This document shows positions 13,001 to 24,300 of a stretch of 64,000 bases of DNA, one piece after another. The notes below the pieces were generated by a model. That model worked only from the letters and a program-made list of their open reading frames with translations, was not told the DNA's origin and did no database searches. A program made the translations under genes and the position numbers. The DNA is from Takakia lepidozioides. Taxonomy: Eukaryota; Plantae; Bryophyta. Numbering within the stretch: the stretch's first letter is position 1; the number at the start of each line of letters is the position of its first letter. The stretch covers positions 496,001 through 560,000 of the forward strand of contig CM060732.1 in assembly GCA_030704615.1 (NCBI GenBank). Reading direction: 5' to 3'.

Positions 13001-13688
13001 ATGCAAAGTTTGCGGAGGCGACAACCACCCAGTTCTGGTTCTGCAGGCACGACATTATGACTTGCGTGTATGGAAAGCCCAAGTACGGCATACAGACAAT
13101 GCCAGAGGCTCCCCCGGTGTGGCCGGTGGAACCAGGCTGCGATCTGAGTCAGGTTGAGGCCGACGCCCTTACCGCCGCAGGATTTCGGATGGTGCAGCGC
13201 ACTGACGTGCCCAGACAACCATTTCCGCTTCCACAGCCTCCACCACCGACCCCTGTGAGAGCAAGAACAATGGGACACGACAGCTCTAAGCATCCTACAC
13301 ACCGTTGGGGGAAACCGAAGAGGCGGCGACCTCCCTCAAAAGTGAACGAGACAAGGATGGGGAATGCACTTCGGATGAACTGTACAATCCAGAGCTCGAC
13401 AGAAGTGCCCCCACCAGGATTCGGGCGTGTGTATCAGATGGCCACGGCGGGCTCAGCTGTTCGCAATGAGGTGTACACCATCACCATTTCAGAATTACCC
13501 ACCTGCAATTGCACCGACTTCCAGATCATGGCGAACAAGGGGCATCATACTGCCCTTGCAAGCATTTGTACTACGTGTACCTAAAGAGACTCCGTTGTAA
13601 TTCCACAACTCATCACTTCATACATGCACCAGGGTTGAGCCCCCAGGAGGTTCACACTCTTCTGAATATGGATCCAGGGGACCAGTGA
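10082..13688 (+). CDS. MULE/IS256-type DDE transposase with GCM-like Zn DNA-binding domain and C-terminal SWIM finger (one frameshift in SWIM)
   Basis: GCM-like YVLCAGKLRC...CAHC...C...HVGVHCHP. Catalytic WVMFDH, FMADNAQA, RSCGFHW (CxxH) and TNMAESVH. A phase-0 GT-AG intron at 12176-12258 joins the two long ORFs. The SWIM motif CNCTDF continues as PCKHLYYV in a shifted frame from ~13554, ending TGA at 13686-13688. Confidence 0.85.
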
Positions 13689-13933
13689 GCTTGGCTTGCG
13701 GTCCACATACAATGGTACGCCCATCGGATAGTAGAACTGTACTGCTGCCAGTACCTCAGACTCTGGCCACACAAAGGTCCGACATATGTCTTGCCTACCA
13801 GTAACCTGTTTTGATCGAACTAAGATATTACTATATCGTTCACTTGTTTCCACGTGCATGTATTTTTGTATGTTGGAGGGTTCATGTTTTTCTGCTTTCC
13901 GAAAACTTGCTCTCCTCATTCGACCTCCGACAA

Positions 13934-14415
13934 GGAAATGCGGCGCCGAATTTCCAAGTATCGTCGTAGGTACCCCCAGAGGCGGCCTTCGCCAACACCA
14001 AACCGCTCCGAAATTTCGCACGTGCGAACCCTAATGCGGCACCCTATTTCCCAGTTCAGTTGCAAACCTTTCCCGCCGAATACCCGAAGAAGACAGAATT
14101 GTGAAGTACTGCAGACTGTATTGGTGCAGACTCCATTGGTTCAATCGCGGCAAAAGGGTCAGCTTCATTCCAATGTTAAGGCATGTAAAACCGCGGAATA
14201 CTCTATACAGGCCAGTATGCGACGTCCTTTTGCAGTGGTATACTGGATTTCCCGTTGCACGGTCACTTATTTCCATGAGCGGATCTATAAAACCATGAGC
14301 GGACTTGTTACTGACGACATATCTTCGCCGCATTACATGATCTGGAACGTCCAAAAACGGCAAGGTCAAATAAAAAACTATTATTTTAATACTTGTTTAA
14401 TCTGCCGCATTTCCA
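13934..14415. repeat. Degenerate palindrome copies near the right end (array C)
   Basis: GGAAATGCGGCGCCGAATTTCC (13934), AATGCGGCACCCTATTTCC (14033), half-site TGCCGCATTTCC (14403). Confidence 0.75.
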
Positions 14416-14429
14416 AATTTGGAGGAGTC

Positions 14430-14545
14430 CGCTCATGAAATCCGCGTATCTTAGACTTCGGCTCACCGCTCATGCGGCTCATGCGGCTCATGGCTCATGG
14501 CTCATGGTTTCTGCTCATGAAATAGTAAACCTCATCTCCTAGGTG
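14430..14545. repeat. Subterminal GCTCATG heptamer cluster and putative right terminus
   Basis: About 8 GCTCA(TG) copies in 14430-14520, then CTCATCTCCTAGGTG directly before the Gypsy breakpoint. Confidence 0.6.
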
Positions 14546-17500
14546 TCATTTTTGCAAGCCATACTTGCGCAAACCCCTCTTCACCGTCTGCACCACTCTC
14601 TCTGCCAAGCCATCGGCCTCAGGATGATCCCGAGAAGTGGTACGGTGGTCTATCAAGGCTTTATCACACAAAGCCTGAAACTCCCCCAATAACTCTCTTC
14701 CTTGGTCCGTGAGTACCTCAGCTGGAGCACCGAATCGGCTAAGCACACGATCCAGGAATGCATACGCAGCCCCATCACTAGCCTTGTCAGGCAATGGAAC
14801 CAACTCAATCCACTTGGAGAAGTGCTCCACCATCACCAACACATATCTGTGGTGGCGCATCGTCAGTGGCAACGGCCCTGCGAAGTCAAGACTCCACTTG
14901 TAGCCCAATCCCATGATGGGTAATGGATGCAACTGTGGTGTAGGGGCGTTGAATGAAGCACGCACCCTGTCACACACCATGCACCTAGCCACAAATTGTT
15001 GCACCTCTGTGTGCATACCAACCACCAATACTGCCCTTGCAGTAAACTATGAGTGCGTCGCACTCCAAAATGCCCCAACTCCTCATGGGCATGCCGCACT
15101 AACCGTGCACGCTGTGTTGGGTGATGCACGATCCTCACCCGACCATCCTCCCACACTCGAAGCAGGTGTATCCCCTCCCACTTGAACCTCTTGGCTCGTT
15201 GTAGGATCCGATCCCTCTCCTTGGCAGTCACACTAGCTGCCGTGTCTCCAGTGCGGAGGTAGTCCAACACAACCGAATCCTCATGTATATCTCTGGCATC
15301 ACTGGCTCATCAATAGCCTCAGGGTCCTCAGACACTCCGTCTATAGTCATCCCTGTTGTAGGTCCAACTTGACCTCCCGATGCCAAGATACACAAAAAGG
15401 CAGATGCATGCCATCCCGACACCAACTCCTCGTCCGTCTTACCATGCCACCGAGCTCCAGTGTCATCCTGCTGGCTCGTGAATGGATTGCGACTCAATCC
15501 ATCCGCATCCCTATTCACCAAACCCGGTCGATGCACAACCTGAACATGTCTCTTATGCTCCTCCACCGTAGCACGAGAAGCAAAGCAATTCATGTAAGCC
15601 TCAGGAATCGCCGTATACGTCGTCTCTCTCCTCTAGTGACAATAGGTCCAATGTCAGGCTCCCAATTGCCCTTCGTAACTGCAACCTTAAGTCCAGCAAT
15701 CTTAGAGGTAAAGGACGCGTCCCGTGGTTGCTATGCCGCAACCTCTTGAGCAGTACTCCCTACCTGCTCAGTCAATGACAAGGCCTCATCCTGCCCCATC
15801 ATCTCATCCCTGAGGACCTTCTCAACCCGAGAAGAATCCCCAACCTCATCCATCACAGCCGCCTTGGCTGCCAACTCCCTCTGAACCTCGAGCACCTCCC
15901 ACATGTACCATGGATGTCTACACCCCGTGGTCCTCACCGGCTTGCCCCCACTCACTGCCTGTACCATCTCGATAGGCAGAGAGACCGTCAAGGGAAGTGC
16001 ACTCCGCACTCTACGTTGCTCAGCCATAGCCAAGCTGATAATCCAGGTCAAGCAATTTAGATCCATCGCTTGCCCCAACACCTGACGATGTGATGCCTCA
16101 GAAAGAGAAGGCACCGCCGTGGTCCTGGTGGAAAAACCCATAGCCCACTCTCGCTCGTCGGCATTAGGCTCCACTAACTGTTGCAACTTAGCATCCCACA
16201 GGAGGCCAGGTCCGCTATCCCAGAAAGCATGCGATCCTGGGAAGCTGAGCAGTGTAGGTAGTGCTGCTCGTGGTCGACCCACCTTGTTGACCACTGCCAA
16301 AAGCGAACGGTCATCGTGTCTCACACGCTGAGACTGCCTCCCTGTGTCCAAAATACTATCCACTGTGAGGTGTGCTGGCCGCTACACCCCATCAAATGCA
16401 CGCTTAAGCAGTGCGGGTGGCATCAAGTTAGTCCACCATAACCGTGGACGATGAGCCCGTGACCCCACTGCAGCTGCATCAGGCAACACTGCTGACCCAA
16501 GCCACGACCAGACTTGATGCACACTGGCCATCACCCTGGCCTGAGAATTGCCCATCAATGGCACATTCTCCAAGATGTATGCTAGAGATACAGCTTGATG
16601 AAGTTGTAAGTGGTGCAAAACCCGCACCATCTCCCAAAACAGACCCAACCTCGAGTCTCACAATCCATTGCCATGCCTGGCTGATGAATGCCCTTGGCAG
16701 GGCCAACGTGCCACTACCAAATCAATGGAGCCAACCCGCTCCAAATCCTGCGCCCCCAACAACGAAATGTCTCATGGCAAGGCCTGCTGATATCCACGAA
16801 TTACAGACACTGGCAACAACTCAGGGTACTGCTGCACCAACTGAGCAACATGACGGAGTGAGACGCGTCGTGCAGTCTCATCCCTCTCCACATACAAGTA
16901 ACGCCGTACTCGTACACCTGCCTGTAGCACAACAACCAATCCGGTGCTGATCCCGCCAAACAAGTCCAGAAGGCAAATGCCTTCATCCGGACACTGCCAC
17001 ACAATCGATGTGGTGGCCAATGGTGACAACTGAGGTGGTCCTGGTGCAATCCCCGCACTGTCCTCCTCTCCTGACGGTACAAAAGCCTCTACCCAGGCTT
17101 GTTGCACCCGTCGATCAGCAACCCGCTGCAAATCCTTGCTCGAGCCCCACAATGGAGTGTGAGCAACCATGGCAGACAACTCCGCCATACCATATATGTC
17201 ATCCTGCTCTCCCGGAGGTGACACATCCTCTGAATGAGCGTTGCCCTCTAGCAACTCTCCAGGCCAATTCACTGCAGTTGTGAATGCTGCCTGTGTTGGC
17301 ATCTTGCCTCGCTGGGCAACCGCAACTCCTCCTATGAACGTCAAAGGGAGCTACACACGTCGGCCCTCCCCTGACTGCCATCCAGGCCTATAAAAAGCTG
17401 ACTCCTCCCAAAAATCCAGGGTGAAGCCCATGGGGTACAACACTGCCCCACCAACAAGGACATTGTACGAGACCACATCTGTCACAATGGCCTTGGCTCT

Positions 17501-18790
17501 CATCACTGAGCCATCTGTAGGATGATCCGGCTGTAGTCTGATAGCCAACTCACGCCGTGTCATGCCCCGAGCCTGCTCTGATCCTCCCAGAGATGTCTGT
17601 ATCTGGAAAAGGCACGGCTCCATATCCGCCTCTGTGAGGCCCAAGCCTGCAATAGCAGCTCTACCCAACATCAATGGCTGAGCTCCTGAGTCCAACAAGA
17701 CCCGCAGTGGCGTACCCTTCTGCCTGTCGGTCCACTCAAACAGAAAATGCCATCCTGGTTGTCTAACATGACAACTCTAGGTGTAACCATGGCGCGCTCA
17801 ATGGCTGGCCTAGCTGACAGCTCCATCAACCTGGCAGCTGCAGCTTGCCATGGCGCTGCCGTGGCAGTCTTGACCCTCACATCCGAGGATCCCTCCAGCA
17901 CTACACCTCCCACTATCTCCGCAGAAGATGAAGTAACCTCCCCACTCTTATAGAGTGTAGCTGCCAGCCTGAACACCTCAGCTGGTCTTACCCCCGGCGT
18001 CGCAATCATGGTAGCCGAGAACAATGGAGCCTGACACACAGCTGTGGCCGCCCCCAGCAGCACACTAGCTGCCGTAGCCTTGGCAACACTAGGTAGTGGT
18101 GCTGCCCGTGTAGCTCTCCCCAATGGCATAGTAACCTCCGCCTCGGTAACAGTCGGGCGAGAACTAGGTGCCATGGACGGCGTGGACACTGTCTCCGCCA
18201 ATGTGAATGACTGAGGAAGCCTGGCCTGACGGCTTGTCTCCCCACGCTGTGGATCCAACTCCACCTCCGCACTCCGTGGCTCAGGAACGCGTGCTGCTCC
18301 TCGAGTCACTGCCGCAGCTGACTCCACTTGCACTAGTGGTAGTCCTGCCCCGCACATAGTGGTAGTGGTAGTGGTGACCGGCACTAGTGGCAGTGGTGCC
18401 TCTCCCACAGTGGTAGTGGTAGTGGTACCCCTCACTCGTAGTAGTGGTGCCCCACCCATAGTGGTAGTGGTAGTGCTGCCCCGCACATGAATCCCATGCT
18501 TCCTATGTCTCCTCCTTCAGGAGTAGGAGGTGGACCATCCGGCCTTGGAGCCGGTACCACCTGAGCTGTGGCCATGGTAGCGAGCCTCTGCTCTAGCTGC
18601 TGAAGCCGGTTGGCCATGCCTTTATCACCACCCTGACCTCCGCGTCCTTGGCCATGTTGAGCTTGCCCTTGGCCTGCACCTCGTGCCTGGCCACCTCGTC
18701 CTCTCTGGGCTGCTCCACCTCGCCCCCGGCCACCATTGTTCCCTTGGAACTGGCCTGGGCGCAACTCGGGATGCAAACCATAGCAAACCA
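14546..18790 (-). mobile_element. Degenerate Ty3/Gypsy LTR retrotransposon internal region: gag remnant - protease - DNMT - (RT/RNase H deleted) - integrase
   Basis: Gag knuckle tail CYGLHPELRP (~18760-18788), protease LLDSGAQPLMLG (17351-17701), RNase H tail QVVHRPGLVNRDADGLSRNP (~15485-15545), integrase HEELGH...CMVC...WSLDFAGP...LTDQG...ADGLAER (14546-15270). Multiple stops and frameshifts; no LTRs identified. Confidence 0.9.
16040..16990 (-). pseudogene. DNMT3-like C5 cytosine methyltransferase domain embedded in Gypsy pol
   Basis: One reading frame with motif I LLDLFGGISTGL..RRYLYVE, IV DLVVARWPCQG, VI YILENV, VIII AHRPRLWWTNL, IX EREWAMGF and X RQVLGQAMD. In-frame stops TGA (16772), TGA (~16658) and TAG (16382). 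Confidence 0.9.
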
Positions 18791-19249
18791 TACCAGTGCA
18801 CTACAGGGCACTAGTATGGATGGGGGGCGGGGGGGGTCATGGCCAGGGATTGGATGAGAGCTCTGTGGAACTTAGGGGAACGCCGCTTGCTTTAGGTGCT
18901 CCGGCAAAAAGCGCGGAGTCATCAGGCTCATCGGATAGCTATGAGTCCTCCTCTGAGGATGAGGACGAGGATGACTAGTCCTAGTCCATGTAGATCCCAG
19001 GGTCAGCCTACTAAACCCTTGTGCAAAGCATTTCAGCTCATCGCTTGTAAATATATTTCCAACTTTCCATCTTTCATCTTATTCATGTGTCGCACCGGCC
19101 TCACCCTCGATTTATGCTTGCTCAATTGTGTACCTGCTAAATCAGAGCAATGGAAGCTGTAAGGTCTCCCAATAACCCAAAACAAAACCAGGGAAAAAAC
19201 AAAAACCACCCCCAATTCACCCCCAAAATCAACCCCCAATCCCCCCCCC

Positions 19250-19958
19250 ACCAGGTTCGCGTTGCGACGGCAGGGCGTCGATATTTGCGACGTGTTTTTT
19301 TGGCGAGGGTTGCAAGTAGTGACGGCCGGGCATCGCAAATACCAATGCCGGTAGCAACGCCCGACCCCCTTGCGACGTCGTGGTGTCGCGGATCCCAACA
19401 CCCTGCCTGCGCCACGTGTTTTTATTATTTATTATTTATTATTTTAAATTATTGAAAATATGGAAAACGACGCCAGCGCGTCGCAGAAACCCACGGCCGA
19501 GCGTCGCAGCGCCCGACTCCAGCGGCGACGGATGTTTTTTCTTTGCCACGCCCAGGAGTCGCTAGCCGTGACGCAGCGGCGTCGCTTATCCTACCACTCG
19601 GCTTCAGCCACGTGTTTTTTGTTTTTAGGATGCGACGCCCGGGCATTTTATAAAAGAACTTGGTTGCGACGCCGAGCCGTTGCCCGTCCAATGCCGTCGG
19701 CTGGAGGGCAGCGACGGTCGAGCGTCGCTAACAGGAGGCCCCTGCCATCGCCATGGACCGCCCGAAAAGTGACGTCCGGGCGTGGTGGGAGGGGGGGCGG
19801 GGGCTTGTGACCCCCATACGTCGCATATTTGCGACATTTTTTTGGGCGCGACGCCTGGGCGTTGCAAAATTGGCGCCGCGCCCATGCCTGAAATGGGGGT
19901 TTACCCACGCCGCGGCGCCGCAAACCCACCCCCCCCCCCCCCTTGTTTTCCTGTAGTG
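19250..19958. mobile_element. CACTA-type right terminus with GCGACG/CGTCGC subterminal repeats
   Basis: TTTTCCTGTAGTG at 19946-19958 is the reverse complement of CACTACAGGAAAA, with dense GCGACG motifs inside it. A possible partner CACTACAGGG at 18799 has no matching 3-bp TSD. Confidence 0.65.
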
Positions 19959-20844
19959 GGCAAATACCACACAACAGCGTCGCCCCCAACCTACGTAGCA
20001 GACCCATACCATCAGTACTGATACTGAGGATCAGTGTGCTGAGCTCGAGCAAACCATCATCATGAACGATGACTTGGAAGGGTTGGAAGGGGAGACAAGT
20101 CCGGTGGACATTGTCTTGCCTTAGACTAGCCAGCAGACACATACAAACCAGGAGGCCCATGTGAAGATCCAAAAGAGCACTGGAGGCCCAGTCTGCCCTG
20201 GCACGTTGCACCTCATTCCCCCACTTTTAGTACCATATTAGCTATTTGTCAGAGGAAGGCAGAAATTTGCCAGGCGTGATTTGATCCAAACCGAGGCCCA
20301 GATTAGGTTCTAATTCTTGTTGTGGAACCCGTAAGCTCCCCATTTGGCATCCCACTTTGCATACATTGGTTTGGCCATGATGATGAGGGCCTTATAGGCT
20401 TTCTTAGTGGTATGTGAGAAGAAAGGGTAAGGGGAAGTTGGGTAATTAGAATTTAGTCTGTAAAAAGTTAACTTGCATAAAAGCACTAAAATATATATAT
20501 GAGTAATGTACATTGATGAACGAACGGAGTCTTGGATGAGAGTTGCGCAGAAGGAATTGGAACCCTAAATAGATTGAGCCCAATAAAGCCCAGAGATTGC
20601 GTGCAGTTATGACGGGATATTTCCTGCCTACAAATGATTCTCGCCTAAGCGCTGGACGCCACGTGCTTGCTGTTAGGTTCTCATCCATCCTCGTATACTT
20701 TATGTACTTTGACAATTATCACATTGTTACAGTTATAGAGTTATAGTTATTTTTTTTTATAATGTTTTAAATTAACAATACTACCAAAAAAGAAACTACG
20801 CAAACTCACTGATCGGATTCGTAAGTTACGAAATATGGCACATC

Positions 20845-21075
20845 GGGTGGTAGCTCAGCTGGTAAGTGCACGGTGTGTCGCCTTGGTGGTTCGGGGATCA
20901 AACCCGCTGCCCTGCCCCGTGTGTGGGATTGTTCGTGACGGTATGTCTGGGCGTTGATAGTCCTGTAGGCCTCATGGCCCATAAGTGAAAGGGGGTTAAT
21001 TTTTCCCCCTCCTCAAGGGCCTGAATTGTGGGCTCTCGCTCCCAGGTTGCCTTTATAAATTAAAAAAATAAATAA
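20845..21075 (+). mobile_element. tRNA-derived SINE-like element upstream of DCL1
   Basis: Pol III A box TAGCTCAGCTGG (20851) and degenerate B box GGATCAAACC (~20895), non-tRNA body, A-rich tail at ~21055-21075. Confidence 0.6.
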
Positions 21076-21355
21076 TGACAATAATAACAGCAAAAATAGA
21101 AGGGGGAAGAAGAAATAGAGAAAGGGAAGAGTGAGCGGCAAGTGCGAGAGGGGAGGGGGCATCCGTAAGCATCGGCTCGGGAGGAGGGCGCGAGCTCCAG
21201 GGAGCCAGGCTGCTGCAGGGCATTCGTTACGATTGTGCGAGCAACCCTAGGGAGATGGTGCGGAGGTTTGCTGTTCAGCTGTAGGGACAGGAGAAGCTGA
21301 AAGCAGCGGGTTAGGAAGTTGTTTGATTGAGAGAGAGAGAGAGTGGAGGGGGAGG

Positions 21356-24300
21356 ATGGAAGGGGGCGGTGTGATGCGGAAGGGGATTCGGGTGAGGTCG
21401 TCGGAAGGGTATGAGTGGGAGAGAGATGAGAGACGGAAGAGGATGAAAGAGGAGGGGAGGGAAAGTGAGGTGTGGCGTGAGAGAGGGGGGGATGTGGTGG
21501 GATTGGATCCGTTGCGGGGTGATGATGAATTCAAACTGGTGGCGGAGGATGGAGCTGAGTCGGATAGAGCGTGGCAAAGGAGCGGAGATAGTGGAGATAG
21601 GACGAGGGAGGAGGAGAGTGAGCGAGGAGGTGAAAGGACGCAAATTGTTGATGCGGAGCTGGTACAGAGAGGGACACGGTTGAGTTCTGTAGAAGTTTGT
21701 GATCCTGAGAGGGATGGGAAGCGCAAGAGAGGCAGAGAGGAAGGCAGAGAGAATGGGTCGCAGGGCGATGGCCAGACGGATTCAGGACGCGATGGGATGA
21801 AGGGTGACTGTAATTCGGACGTGGCAAAGGTGGAAGAACGAGCTGATTGCGATAGAGCAGGTGACAGCGGTAAGGATAGGATGACGAACAAAGATTTTGA
21901 GAGACGAGGGCAGAGGATAGGCAGGGGAACGCGCTTCAGGTCCCCTGACGGCACGGACGGAGAGGATAGATGCAAGAGGATGAAGGAAGACAGCAGAGAG
22001 AACGGATTCCGAGGTGAAAGACAGATAGATCAAGGGTGTGATCGAATAAGAAACGATCGATTACGAGCCAAGGTGTGGAGCAGGGATCGAGAGAAAAGAC
22101 CGTATATAGAGAGGAACGGTTTCCGAGGAGAAAGAGTTGTGTTCAGGTCCCGACTACGAGATGGGGACTTAGAGAAGGGGCCATTGAGGAACAAGGAGAG
22201 AGAGATGGATTCGGAGAGTGCAAAAAAGCTGGAGCCACCAAAGGAGAAAGTTAGGGAGGAAAGGGCCCGAAAGTACCAACTGGAAGTGCTGGAGCAAGCT
22301 AAGGTGAAGAATACAATCGCCTTTTTGGAGACTGGCGCTGGCAAGACTCTCATTGCAGTTTTGCTCATGAAGTACAAGTACGAGATGATGCGCCAGGAGG
22401 GCAAACGAATGCTGGCTGTGTTCCTCGTGCCTAAGGTCCCTCTTGTATATCAGGTACTCTGATTCCCCCTATGTACCCATCCTGTATTTGCTTCTCAGGA
22501 CTTTATTCTCTCACACTGTACACTGTGTCTGTGAACAGCTGGCATTGCCACCACTGCAATGCCTCCCTTCCTCTCTGAATTCTCTGGTTGGGCTGGAGAC
22601 CAGTCTAAAGCTGGCAGGTTGTGTCGATATCAGGAACTGTGAGCTTATAACTTAGGTAGTACAGGTCAAGTTTTCAATGGCGTCGGAAGCATCTAGTCAT
22701 CTGACAATCAGACTATATGAGCTCAATGTATCCCAATGCCTCATGGTTGAGGCCCTTTGGGTTTCTGTCTTAAGCAATGAAACAGAAAGTTTTAGGTTCA
22801 AGGTGGTGACATGGAGGGAGAAGCAGCTTGGGAAGATGCTGGAGTAGTAAAACTTTTCTTTCTCTTGTGTCTAGTTCCATTATGAGTTTGATGTCTGGTT
22901 GATGGCTGTCACTGGGATCTTCAACTGCATTTATGCACCTGCTAACTACTTCGCTGTAACGCACAGCAAGCAGAGGTAATTCGCGATGGTACTGGATTCC
23001 ATGTAGGCCATTACTGTGGGGAGATGGGCCAAGACTTTTGGGATGCACGAAGGTGGCAACGAGAATTTGACACTAAAGATGTATGGCAAGTCTGATCTCT
23101 CCATACTCTTCTTCGGTGGGGTTCTCGCCTCTAGTATTTTTATGAGCTTACAATGAATTCCCAAAACATTTTATGTCGTCGTTGCTTATGCGTCGCAGAA
23201 GCTGTTCAAACTATGCTGTAAACACGACCTATCCATGAACTCTTTACGGATCGGATCAGTTTGCAAGGTGACAATGGTTAGACTGTGATGTGAGTGGATC
23301 TGCTGTCTGACTAGAAGGGTCGTTGTACGCAGGTCCTGGTGATGACTGCACAGATACTCCTAAACATTCTTAGGCACAGCATCGTGAGAATGGAGGCCAT
23401 TCACCTACTCATCTTGGATGAATGCCACCATGCTGTGAAAAAACATCCTTACTCATTGGTTATGTCGGAGTTCTATCACATTACTCCTAAGGAGAAAAGA
23501 CCATGTGTGTTTGGTATGACTGCATCTCCAGTAAATCTTAAAGGTATGCAACTACAGAAAATCTTTGAGTTGGGCTTGAGTGCAGCTTACTATATCCTTA
23601 TTTGAACCACAATTTACAGGGGGGAAAGGGAAGTACTGACGCTGCTGTACTCTCGTTGCGCACATGTGCTTCTCTGAGGGATTTGCATATTTGCAACCCA
23701 CCTGCTATGAAAACATTTGTAGCCGTTGGAGCTTACTGTACATGTCAAACTGTGAAGTCTGCTGGTAATTAAGCCCCTGCAACATAAGCTGTGTTGCTGG
23801 AGCAGGTGTGTCGAATCAAGAGGATTGTGCAATAAAAATCCGGAATCTGGAGAGCAAGCTGGACTGCATTGTGTGCACTATTAAGGATAGGAAAGAGCTG
23901 GAGAAGCATGTGCCTATGCCATCAGAGACAATGGTGGAGTATGATAAGCCAGTAACCCTTTGGTCACTGCGGGAGAAGATTAAGCAGATAGAAGCCACTG
24001 TGGAAGAAGCTGCCAACTCAAGTGCCAAGCGTAGCAAGTGGCGGTTCATGGGGGCGCGGGATGCGGGCTCTAAAGAAGAGTTGCGGCTTGTGTATGGTGT
24101 GTCTGAGAGGACTGAGAGTGATGGAGCAGCAAGTCTGGTACAGAAGCTGAGGGCTATAATGTATGCCCTTGATGAGCTTGGTCAATGGTGTGCCTATAAG
24201 GTGAAGAGATTTCCTTATTCAGCTGAATGCAAGTCTCAGGGTGAGAGTTTTAGTCCTGTATATTTTTTCAAGCTGGTGAGACATGCTTTAAATTGCTCAG

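Larger units (their letters stand above)
1..14545. mobile_element. Large Mutator-like (MULE) DNA transposon with accessory ParB-methyltransferase gene and palindrome arrays; left end not seen in window
   Basis: The same 20-bp palindrome occurs from ~1180 to ~14415 and was not seen elsewhere in the window. Contains a DDE transposase (10082-13688). The right edge (...CTCATCTCCTAGGTG, 14545) abuts an abruptly truncated Gypsy integrase at 14546. Confidence 0.75.

Noticed and set aside
18799-19958. Complete 1.16-kb CACTA element
   Set aside because: The left CACTACAGG matches only 9 bp, has no subterminal repeats next to it, and the flanks (GTG/GGC) are not a TSD. Only the right end is reported.
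20845-20920. Functional tRNA gene
   Set aside because: The B box/T arm is degenerate, there is no convincing acceptor or anticodon stem, and it continues into a SINE-like body.
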